Shown: positions 23,608-35,900 of the stretch, piece by piece | Layout of the letters: each line of letters starts with the position of its first letter | Numbering within the stretch: position 1 is the first letter of the stretch | NCBI RefSeq assembly: GCF_000143415.4 | Contig: NW_003314317.1 | Span: forward strand, 62,001-126,000 | Source of the DNA: Selaginella moellendorffii | Lineage: Eukaryota > Plantae > Lycopodiophyta | Length of the DNA: 64,000 bases | Direction: 5' to 3' | Program-made: the position numbers and the translations under genes | The notes under the pieces: model-generated | Databases searched by the model: none | What the model was told of the DNA's origin: nothing | The model's input: the letters and a program-made list of their open reading frames with translations, nothing else

Positions 23608-26600
23608 GGGAGAGGGAAGGAGTCCCTCCACGGAAAGGAACTCGGACAGAGATCTCGCCGCGATCTTCAAGAACTATGCCAGAGATTGCCACGACGATCG
23701 GAGATTTCGAGAGAGCAGCAAGATTTCGGCGCGATCAAGGGACGAATCGCAGCGGCAAATCGCGGGAAGCCGATATTCTCGCACGGTCGTCTCGAATTCG
23801 CGGAGACCAACCGTGATTCGTGGAGATTTCGGAAGCGCAATCGATCAAGAAATCTATAGAACCTCCATTCGCGCCCTGTGACGATCGATCGAGCCGCGCC
23901 TCCCTCCAATTCGATCGACCGAGAAAATGTGATACTGGGAAAGAACCCTCAAATTTAAAGAAACCCCGGGGTTCGTCCCTCAAACGGCAGCACGGCGCAT
24001 CGCGGCCGTCCAATGCGAAATCCAGCGGCCGCAATCGCGCCACGTCACTGTGGCCCAAAAGAAAGTGTCCAAGATGGGCCTCTGGGCCCATCCCGCGCTT
24101 TGCGGCACGCACATGGCTGCACATGATTGCATATGCGGGGCTGGCCATGGGGTGGTGGCCACTGGCCATAATTTGGCCCGGCCACATTCAGTAGTGGCCC
24201 GCCGTTCACATGGCACGGCGTTGAAAACGGGCAACGCCAAAATAACTGGCCACCCCACGGTACGGCTCGTGACGGTTGCCGACGTGGAGAGTAATGGCCA
24301 CCTCTCCTCCAATCATGGTCACGGATATGGGCCCAGCCAAGGCCCACGGCCCAATTATGAGCGCGTAAGAACGACGTAATGCAGGGACCACTAGCATGGA
24401 AATATTTTATAATGGTTTTCGATCAAACCATTTTTCAATCGTATCGGCTCGTACCGAAGCCCCTAAATCTTACACACATCGCGTGCTGGGCGGAGGGAAA
24501 GCATCTTTGCATTTTCTATGGTAGAAGGATTCCTTGTGAATACAGTTGAGATGCTCTTTCTAGCGAAAGGTGGTGGCGAGGACGTCACCCAAAGCCTTTG
24601 ATTGACATGACAAAGCGCAAGCGCACAATTCTTAAAATTTAAATAGTGGTCTTAAGCACCGAGAAAGAACCAACCCCACTACATGGAGGGGACAAGGCCG
24701 TACGCGACCACCACCCATGTGCGCCAATCCAATGGCCATTATTGGACTTGTAGAGCATACGTACTTGGCGGCATATACTTTATCAATATTCTTCGTAGTT
24801 TGTAGCCCGTCAAAGGTGAAGGTCAATGCCCCCTTCCACTGGTGCTGGTGAACAGCCCTACAACGCATTGTTTAAACCCCTCTTATTAGACAAATAACAG
24901 TGACGGTTTAGCTTTAAGCTGGATTCTGGAAGGAATGTACTCGTCACGCACAGGTCATCCCACCTCGACTTGAGCAAACACAACATTCGGCGCTTGGATG
25001 GATCTTATCGCCGGCCTAATCAATATGATATTGATCGTAATCCTCGCGAGTAAACAAAGATGTCTATGGAATGGACCACTCACCTGGAAGCTCTTGGATT
25101 CTTCTCTCTGGCGCCCCATTTATTTACTCCTGTTGTTACATTCCTTCCCCCTTCTCCTCCCTTCTTTCAGCTTAAGAATAGAAAAGTCATGAAAACGAGG
25201 AGGGGTTGCAATGACGAAAAAAAGTATTGTTTACATGATTACCTCACTTTTTAACAGTATTAAGATTTCTAAGTGGGAGCTCACCCCCGTTGGCTACTAT
25301 CCTGTTGCGGTGAATTTGTCTTGGTTTTCCTGCACGAACTGCAGGCCAGTGCGCAGGTTGGGCTTGAATCTACCCACTGCGTGCGGCCGGTGGCCTGCTT
25401 CTGCAATCTGCAATCTGCACACTGTTCTGCAATCCGCAGTGCAGCGAGGGCGCTGCAGATCTCAGCATCAAGGCGCAGTGTACGAGCTCTGATTTGTAAA
25501 TTGCGACCGAGGAAAAGAAACTCTTGTCTGCTTCCTCGAGCAAACCGCATGTCAAGATCCAAACCACACAAATATGTATAAACAAGTTGTCATTCATACC
25601 CGTTTTATCTCTGGAGCCACTGTTGAAACAAAGACGAGCTCGGAAAGGAGATAAAGAAAGCTTAGAAATTGTAAGTTCTTACTATCCATGGACATGTGTC
25701 ACGGACACTTCAAAACTTCTCTGTAAAGCCGTACGGAGAGAGCTTCGTCACTGCGTCACATCGTCATACGCAAGACTTCGAGTTATTTTTACGCTCAAAC
25801 AAGTCGGCCGTGAGCAGAGATCGTACCTCCTCTCGTTCGTCATGCACTTTGAAAGTTGCCCATGAATTCGTGTAGATGCGGCGCATGACTGACGCCTCCA
25901 ACGACGCAGCACAGCGTGGGTTCCACAAGCTCTCCTTCCAAATGCTGCGGAATCTCTAAGCCTTAGGGTCCAATCGCAGCAGGAATGGAAAAGAAAAAAC
26001 TCTATTTCTTTGTTCATAAGAAGTTGAGCGCTGGATTCACAGGCTGATTTCCCACACCAGGGTTCAGTATTTGCAAAATGTACACGGCGAGAATAAAAAG
26101 GTGATAGACTTACTGTGCATACATGTGGCGAAGCCTTCAACGGGCATCGGTAGTAGATAATAGGATTTTCTAGCCTATTTAATTAAGGTGTGAAGTATAA
26201 AACTAAGTCACATAAATACATACAATTATTTTGAGTGTTTTCTTAACAATTATGCTTAGAGTTGATTTGGAAAGAAAAGCCAATAAAATATAAATATAAT
26301 TAGGTTGAAATAATATTTACCTTAGCTAACCAAGTATGATAAGCATTTTAATTGTCCATTTCAAACTTGTTTGTAACATTAGAAGATTATAAAGTGCCTC
26401 AAAGGAAATAAAAAACAAAAGTTCATATTTATTTTGATGTTATTTTATTTTGAAAATCCTCTTTTGCAAGAGACTATTCTTAAAGAATTAATATAACAAT
26501 TTATTAAATCATCCTTCTATATTTAAAAGAGCAAGGGCGACATATTCAATCCAGATTCCTTTTTTTTCTAAATGTTAGAAAAAAAGGTTATTGTTGTTTT

Positions 26601-26783
26601 AGTGGTACATTCTCTATTAGCTTGGTAAGGTTGGTCCCTTTTCCTTTTGAGTTGAGAATGCTTTTTATGTGTCTTAGAGCATATTGGCGGGATTGGAGTC
26701 AAGGTTAAGCTCATCGACTCAGAATTTCCTTTGCTTAAAGGTAATGCAATCCTTTTTCTATTTTTTATTGTTTTTTTTTCTAG

Positions 26784-27200
26784 CTAGAAGGTCTCTCCAC
26801 CGATCTTTTAATGCGATGCTGTTCATCGAAGCATGGGAGCTTCTGTATCATAGGTAAATGTAATAACTCTTTCTTCCCAATTTTATGTCCTTCAACAGCT
26901 TATGTCATTTAATTCCAACGATTGGACAAACAAAGAGGTTGAGCTTATGTTGTTTATTGGTGGCAATGCAGCTGCAAATGTTGCATTCAAGGCCTTTGTT
27001 CTTAAAACTTGCAAAAGACCATTGCCGGATTTGTCAAATCAAGAGCGAGCAAAATTTGTAAGGTTTAGGAGATGCAAAACCGTTTTCTATATTTTTTTTT
27101 TAACAATCAATGTTTTTTCAGAAGCAAGTATGAAAGACAAGAATTTGTAAAGCCATTTATGTGTTTCGCTTCCTCTTCTTGAGAATCGACATTATTTTCA
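26784..27200 (+). pseudogene. ArfGAP-domain gene fragment with in-frame stops
   Basis: Spliced pieces give *CDAVHRSMGASVS* | LMSFNSNDWTNKEVELMLFIGGNAAAN...ERAKFV | RSKYERQEF, matching the ArfGAP C..HR.LG..IS / W....V..M...GN..AN / FI..KY pattern; TAA and TAG occur in frame. Confidence 0.7.
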
Positions 27201-30006
27201 AGGCAAGAAGATTTTTCTTCTCTAGTTTGTTCAAAGCTTCAATTATAGAGGCAAAAAATTTTAATTGCAAGGTCTGCAGGGATTTTTTGGATTGATTTGA
27301 GTGCATATAATAAAAGGCATAAACTTTACAGTGAGGGACTTCATGACTAGTAGTTATTAAACTTGGAAATATTGACCAATATTTTTATCTTTACTACTCA
27401 CATATAAAATGTAAATTTTGATAAATTTAAATGATTTAATTTTACATTTATCTTTGATATAATTTGGTTAGTATTAATGCCTTCTTTGGGTTGAGACAAA
27501 TGTCCAGAAAATAAAAATAATAAAATTATCTATATAAAAGTTAAATTTTCCTCTTCTTTAAAATAATTATAATTTTGGAAAATATCTAAAGGATTTAAGT
27601 TTCTTTTTCTGTTTACATACAATTTTGATTTTTACAAGATAAATATAAATTTGGAAAAAAATTCATTAATTGATAAAAAGATATCTAGATTTAACAAGTG
27701 AGCTGTTTTTAATTATTTTATTAATATTTACTAAAAAATAAAAAATAAAATTTAACAATATCATTTTTTATATAGATAATTTCAATAGATATATGATAAA
27801 ACCAATAAATATAAATTGAAATAGTAAATAAGTACAATTTTTGATAAAATTTATGAAAGTTCAACTTCAGTCATATGAGTCATCATTTTAAAATACTCCA
27901 TATTAATTATTTTGTGTGTGAGATCAGAGTGTATAGTTACAATGTTGTATATTAATATTAGTATTGTGGGATTTTGATAACCATTGGATTGGTTTTAATC
28001 TTGACCACTCACTCCTATATATAAGTTAGAGTTTCTAGGCTAATTGGTATAAACAAATACTTTACTTGGTATTCGAGACTAATCCTCTAGCAAAACTTAG
28101 TTATAAATAATATATCATCAAGGATTGATTCACCATATCCAAGATTCCATGAAATCCAACTCTATAAACTAAATGTAACCAAATGATATCAACAAAAATG
28201 GAATTAATATGCCAACATAGAAAAACCATACAAATTTAACGACACAATCCTTCACAACCCCATTTGGTAAAGTAAATTTATCATTGATAAATTTTCATCG
28301 AGTAAAGTAAATGTCAAAAGTCCTCAACGAAGTCTACAAGCAATCACTAGTTGTAAGCAACTAATAATCAATCTTCAACTTACTTTCACAAAACCCTAAC
28401 ACTAAACTCACATTATCGAATTATATACTTATCCAACAAGAAGGTAACACCTTAGGTACATGGTCAAGCATAAACTAAATGACTACTTGAATCCAACTTA
28501 ACTGCAATAAATTCACTAATGTGTTTAACCAACAGTTCTGAGCATGCTTTGAAGAGGCTAGCTATACATAATTAACATTTAATCAAAACTAAAGTGAAGA
28601 TCATAAGATGGACTCACAGCCTCCTCATAGACAAAGCTATAGTATAAGTACTAACATCTCAACCTTAAACAACTAAATTAGACATCACCATCCTCAGCCA
28701 AGGCACAAGGCTACCAAGATCAAGTCAAGATCAATGAGAGCTTATTACTTTTATAAAATTTAATAAAATGCAAGATGCAACTTGCCATTAACCACAATAT
28801 TACAAAAGAAAGGCACAAAAGTCACTTTTTTAGAAAAATAGTTTTTTACACCAACTTCAGACTCTATCTAACTCAATTGCTTTAGCCCCAAAAGTCAACA
28901 TCCCTTTCGGGCCACATCATACAAACTACCTACTAAAGTCTAAGTTAACAAAATTTAACTTTAACCCCTTCATTAGTTTGTACTAACTTACGAAAATGGA
29001 ATGGTTTTCAAGCAAAATGTCCAACAGATTAACCATTGGAATAGTCTAAAAAAATTTGTGAAAAATTTTCCATCTTAAAGAGAGAATGACTCTAAGTTTT
29101 AACATATAAACTTTCAAAACTCAACAAACTTCCTTTTATCAACTTCTTCACATATGTTCACCTTAACACAAATTCTCATGACCTAATAGTATGTTTAAGC
29201 ATTAAACACATGCCCATATGTTTTACATCCAACACCAACATCCGCAAAATGCAAGACCACCAACATTCAAGACTCAATCATAAAGACCATATTTTTGGAT
29301 ATCCATATTACACTAACACTTTTCTTTAACTTCAAAACCCAATATAAAGCTAAAACACTAACAATAAAAATGATATAGAAAATCAGGATGTAAGGAAAAT
29401 TCCTTATCACTTGAAATAACAATGCCACTTCTATTAACACAAGTGTTAGTGATGTCAATGCTTCAACTATATACTTTCTCCATCCAACAATCTATTTTAA
29501 GTTAATTGACAAGCTATAGCAAATGAATGCTATAACCTTTTCTAAAACCTCAATGGGCAAACTCTTCAAAAACTTAGGTATTAACTCAAGCTTAGCATAT
29601 TATAGATCATTATTCAGAACTTAGCGAAAGCTAGTTCAATGCTATTACTTGCAAGTAGATTACCTTCACTATCAACCACTTTGGGGTAGAACATCGTTTA
29701 ACCAAGCAACTTCGTAAACACATAACTCATTATTACATAGATATGATATAAATATCACAATGACTTGATCATCAATTGAGAAACACAATGAGGAAGTTTA
29801 TATTATTACTTCAAAAGTTTACGTAAGTACCAAATGTTAACCCCACCAATAAAGATTTACAATACCAAATACCATCAACTTTGTTCATAACATAGACAAA
29901 CTCATGCCACTCTCTATCTAACCAAACTCAAAACTAATCCAACACCAAACTACTCAAGGAATAATAGTAAAGTTTCCCGAAAAAGAATTGAATATTGCAA
30001 CCCAAG

Positions 30007-31130
30007 TGTTGTGAATGTGACTTCGGGTAACGAAAGTTACCTGTTAGCTGTCCTTTCGAATATTCTTTCCTTACTACTATGACAGCAAAAGGTTAGTATT
30101 GTTGAACCCTTTATTAGTCTCTGCCTAAGCTAGTTGAGAAATTGGTCATCACATATGCACTTAGACCGGAAGGGCACTAAGGAAGGAAATCCTAAGTTGT
30201 CATTTAGTCAAACATACTTGATATAATGACGAGAAACTCATGTTGTTGGCTTGCACTTGCTAGTGTTGGGAACCCTCGCGATAATGAATTTGGTCCCTCA
30301 ATATTTGCTAAATGATAGTTTACCGTGTTTGCCAAACACCCTCACTATCATGCCCTTTGTGTTAGTACCATTCAGTCCTAATTGTTATTTATGGAAAGTG
30401 TCTTGATTTGTTCATTTGGCATATCTATGGAATGTAAAGATTGTTTTGAACACAATGGTGTTCGTCCCATGTCCAAATTCGCAATCTAAGGACATTCCAT
30501 ATTTAGTAAGTTTCAAACTTGTCTCAAAGACTTAACTCCTTGTACTAAGGGACGTTTGGAGGCTTGGGGTGAAAGCCTAAAGCGTGTGTTCCTCAGGGGG
30601 GGGGAAGGTTATGGGGGGTTCCAAATGTATAGTAGGGATAGTGGGTAGGTTGGGTATGGTTGACAAACCTGAGGCATAGTCTAGCTTCTATTTACATGCC
30701 TATCTTTGTTCTGTGTCCGGTTTGGGTCTAAGCCCAAGTTCCATTTGGTGAAGTACCCATATCCTTGTGTTAAACCACTAGTATGTTGAAATAGTGCCAG
30801 ATTTGTTTGGCTCCATTTTACGTGCTAATCCTGACATTAAGATGCTAAATGCTCTAGGATTGTTCTAAGTCGTTCCATGCTCCCATCCCTTCGCTCCTTA
30901 GGTTGTATGCTCGAGAGTCATTTTGTGCTCTAGTGCTATTACTTTTTGGCTCCATATTTGGGAATTTAGCATTGTTCCTTTGTTCAGTGGCCCAAGGCCT
31001 TGAAACTTGAGTTCCGCACTACTGTCCTTTGGACACGTGGCATGTGGCATATGGAGGGTTTAAGTTCTACTTTGTGGTTATCCTATAGTAAAACACTATA
31101 GGATAAAGGGTAAAATCCACATGTGCTACA
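30007..31130 (+). mobile_element. Full-length ~1.1 kb LTR (copy A) of the non-autonomous LTR family
   Basis: TGTTG...CTACA termini; homologous along its length to the reverse complement of 40659-41762; followed by TTTGGT (PBS-like start). Confidence 0.8.
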
Positions 31131-32907
31131 TTTGGTCAGCCATGCCCAACCTACCTACTATCCCCCTACTATACATTTGAAACCATAGCCCCCCCCCCCC
31201 TTGAAGAACACATGTTTTGGGCTTTCACCCCAAGCCTTCCTTAGTACAAGGAATTAGTCTCTGGGACAAACTAAAACTTATTAAATATGGAATGTTCTTA
31301 AATTGCGAATTTAGACATGAGACAAACACCATTGCATTCAGGAAAATCTCTACATTTCGTAGATATGCCAAATGAGCAAATCAAGACACTTTCCATAAAT
31401 AGCAATTGAGACCGAATGGTATTAACACAAAGGGCATGATAGCGAGGATGTTTGGCAAACACAGTAAATTATCATTTAGCAAATATTGAGGGACCAAACT
31501 CAATATTGTGAGAGTTCCCAACACTAGCAAGTGCAAGCCAACAACATGAGTTTCTCGTCATTATATCAAGTATGTTTGACTAAATGACAACTTAGGATTT
31601 CCTTCCTTAGTGCCCTTCCGGTCTAAGTGCATATGTGATGACCAATTTCTCAACTAGCTTAGGCAGAGACTAATAAAGTGTTCAATAATACTAACTTTTT
31701 GTTGTTGTAGTAGTAAGGAAAGAATATCCGAAAGGATAACTGACAAGTAACTTTCAATACCCGAAGTCACATTTATGACATTTTCCCCCTCTTAGGGAAG
31801 ATCGATGTCCTTGTCGATGCATACTCAAATCTAGACCATCGGCAAAGAAATAACTCTAGAAAAAGCTCATAGTGATCACATTATGTATGAAATGCACCAA
31901 CTTAAATGAGCTAGGGTAACCTCTTTGTCTAACGCGGATGTGCTACCAACTTAGACACCTTCCGGCCGTCACTGACAAGAAAATGACCAACAGAGTTAGT
32001 CACCCTTACTGCTTTGGATGTCACCTAGCTTACAAAATTGTGATATGCCCCTGCCCGTAGGTGGCATAAAGAGAGAAGCCAGAGGCCCCAACCCTCATGA
32101 GCAAAGAAACCAAACCTATAGGTAAGGTTTAAATAGACTACTGTAAATAGGTAGTTAGAGTTTTTTATATAGTCATGCCCTTTAAAACGGAATAAGGAAC
32201 ATCAACAAAGAGGTGGGTGATGTGACTAGTCGACAGTAGTTACCCCATGATTAAAGATTTCACCATACACACGAAGTGTCGAAGCCAATCTACCTATACT
32301 GGCCCAAACCCAAAGATCAATAAATGGACAATATCAAAGTCATAGACAATGATATTTGAGAGACTTAATTATCAGTGAATAAAGCTTAGATTAAAACACA
32401 AAAGTATTCCAAGTAAGTTATCATCCAATAAATGAGTATTAGAGTACAAAAACCACCAAGATCACTATAGTTGAAAAACATAGGATTTACTACCCAACAA
32501 AATTCAATAGCCAATGTATCATCAATAAAACTCAATGATAAAATTGAACTATCAAAGATTTCATATAGCATGCTAAACAACTAATAAAAGACAACTAAAA
32601 GAACACAAAGTATCATTGACTGACAAGCACAATACTTGTGAATGTATCACCCGAAGGAAATAACATCCAAATTTATCAAATGTAACTCGAGTAACAATCA
32701 ACAAAACAGAATGAATGTGGTAAGATCAAGAAACATTTGTTTATGCCAACTATCACACTAATCAATCTGAATAGATCTTGGTCAATAATACCAAATTACC
32801 AAAGTTCCTCAAGCAAGTATTAGCAACATCCTACTGATATCTCAAACCCAAGAGACCAATCTAGAGTAAACCACAAAGAATATGTGGTAATGCAAAAAGC
32901 CAAAAGC

Positions 32908-35900
32908 TGTTAAGAAATAAGATTAGGATTGGAAAATGAAAAAGAAAAAGAGAAAAGCTAGTGGAAACGAGGAAGAGGCCTTAGACTGATGTTGATTCAG
33001 ATTGTGGAGAAATGGAACAAGCCTAACCTATATATACCATAGGTTGATGAAACTCCACCACTCTTGGATCGAGGACGGCCTAAATATAGTTGAGGTTGAG
33101 GAGGTGCCATGTCATCATCAGGAATGTGGCTCGAAACTTAGGAATCGTACGGGAAATTAGAGAGTCAGGAATAGGGAAGTGTCTCGAGAGTCCAGAATGT
33201 GGTCTGCAAGTCAGGAATCCAGCAAAACTCAGGAATGGGACAAGAATTGGGGGATTCCTGATAGCACCCCCTCCTCAAGAACGAGTGGAATGAGGACATG
33301 AATGAGAACGAAAAGGAGGATGAGATGGGTGGTGAGGGACGGAAAATGGAGAATGAAAAGAATGAGGACTGGGATGAGAAGGATAGCAGCGGTGGAAGTC
33401 TTGAACAAGGTCAAGAGAATGAACCAGGTTGTCCGCAGGTTTCCAAGTGTGTTCCTCAGGTCCGTAACCCTTCCAGTCTACAAGATAGTAGAGTTTAGAC
33501 TGTAAGATCTTGGAATCAAGGATGTCCTAAACCTCGTACTCAGACCCATCTTCGAGCTACACTGGTGGAGGCAGAGGAATGACCCGATTTGGAATAGGAC
33601 TGAGAATATAAGGCTCAAGGAGAGAGGAGTGAAAAACAAGGTGAATTTGATATGAGGAGGGAAGTGCAAGGTGATAAGTGACAGGATTAATGATGGCAGT
33701 GATAGGGAAAGGATCGAAGCGTTTGAAATCAAGTTTGGGACATGGCCTAGTGGTGGAGATATTTCACTTGAGGAGCCAGACTTTATCCCTGATATTGTAA
33801 GGGGGACAATCCTGACGATGGACATTGGCAAATGTTTTGTGAGATTCCTAAGCATGATGGAAGTGGAAGGAGATGGAGTTGTGGATTTTCTAGAGGTTAG
33901 AGACAAATGCCTCAAAGTGGGGATTTGAATGAGAGGATTCGGATAGAGAAGGAAGTGAGAGATTGAATCAAGGATTTCAGCCAGAGTTTGCAAAGAAGGG
34001 GGAAACTTGAAAGGAGGAGTGAACAGAGTTGTTATAGGAGAATTTAGCAAGGGGAAGGATATCGAATCAGTCATCCTAATGATAGTTGATGAAACACCTT
34101 AGGAATTGTTTTAACGTCTGAATTGTTCACTTAGATTGTCTATTAGTTTGAGGATGATACGCCGAAGAGAGGTTGGCCTTCACTCCAAAAAGTTGCAAGA
34201 ACCGTTGTCAGAAATGAGAGATGAACTGAGGTTTCCGATCCGAAACCACATCTGCAAGAATCCCATGAAGTCAGAAAATTTCCCTAAATACCAATTTTGC
34301 CATGTCCTTGCCCAAAAACTCCTTGGTACACGGTAGGAAGTGCACCATCTTTGTGAAGCAATCCACCATAACTAAAATGTTGTTAAAGCCTCCATAACTC
34401 GAAAGATCACTCAAGAAATCCATGGAGATGGATTCCCAAGGACCTGAAGGGACCGGGAGGGAACGAAGCAAACATGAAGAAAGGTGGCAAAATACCTTAT
34501 TCTGGGCGCAAGTGTTATAGGAAGTAACAAAAGCTTTGATGTAGTTGTTCATGTGATGCCACCAAAAGTCCCGTGTAACTAGCTCATAGGTTTTCGCAAT
34601 GCCAAAGTGACCAGTAGTCAGGCTATCGTGGCACGCTATCAGGACCAACCTTCGAGCATCACCTTCAAGAATGTAAAGCTTCTCCCCACAGTACAACAAG
34701 CCATCTAAGAACTCGAACTTGTCAAATTGCTGGCAATCGGGAGTCACTGGGTGTCCAGCCTGAAGATGAGGGAAAATGTCGCTGGCGAGGTCGTTGGATT
34801 GAAGATCATTTTTGATTGCATCCATCAAGGAGGAGTCTTGAGGGGCCAAAGAAATTGCCATAACTTGAAGCCGATCAGGACCAAGGATAACCTAATCCTG
34901 TTGATCAAAAGCAGGATTACCAAGCCTAAGACTGAGATAGGAGCGCCTTGAAAGAGCATTAGGAAGGCCTTGAAGCTTTCCAGGTCTGTACTTGATAACA
35001 AAGTCAAACCGACTCAAGAATTATGCCCACCTTGCCTGACAACGGCTCAAAACTTGGGAAGTGGCAAAGTACTCGAGATTTTTGTAATCCATCCAGACCG
35101 TTGTTTGATGGCTCGCCCCCTCCAAGAAACGACACCACTCTCCAAAGGAATCCACGATGGCAAGGAGCACCTTGTCGTGGATTTCGTAAATGATCTCCGC
35201 AGGCTGGAATTTCCAAGAATCGAAAGCGACTGGATGAAATTCTTGATCTGCTCCGAGTTGAGACAGCACAGGACTAATGGCAAAGTCGGAAGCGTCTGCC
35301 TCGATGAAGAAAGGTTGTGAGGGATTAGCATGGATCAAGACGGGAGCAGAACTGAAGGTCACCTTGAGTGTGTCGAAGGCTTGCTGGGCAGCAGCAGACC
35401 AAGAGAAGGGAACATCCTTGCGAGTGAGATGCGTGAGAGGAAGGACAATGTCAAAGTAGTGATCAATGAATTTGTGGTAGAAGTTGGTGAAGCCAAGGAA
35501 AACCTGAATGTCCGACATTGATTGTAGAGGCTCCCATTCAAGAATAGTCTTGACTTTGGCAGGATCCATCATGATACCCTCAGGAATGACACTGTACCCA
35601 AGGAACTTTATAGACTCCTGATCAACGGAACATTTCTCAAGCTTCGTGTATAGGCCATGTTCCCACAGCTTCGCCAGCACCTTGCGCACATGCTCACCGT
35701 GCTCCTCCTAAGTTTTTGAGTAGATGAAGATGTTGTTGAGGTAGATGATCACCATCTGATCAAGAAACTCCTGAAAGACGTCATTCGCCATGTGTTAGAA
35801 AACTGCTGGAGCATTTGTCAAGCCAAATGGCATGACAGTGTACTCAAAGTGGCCATAGCGGGTTCGGAACACAATCTTCCATTCATCACCAGGCCGGATC

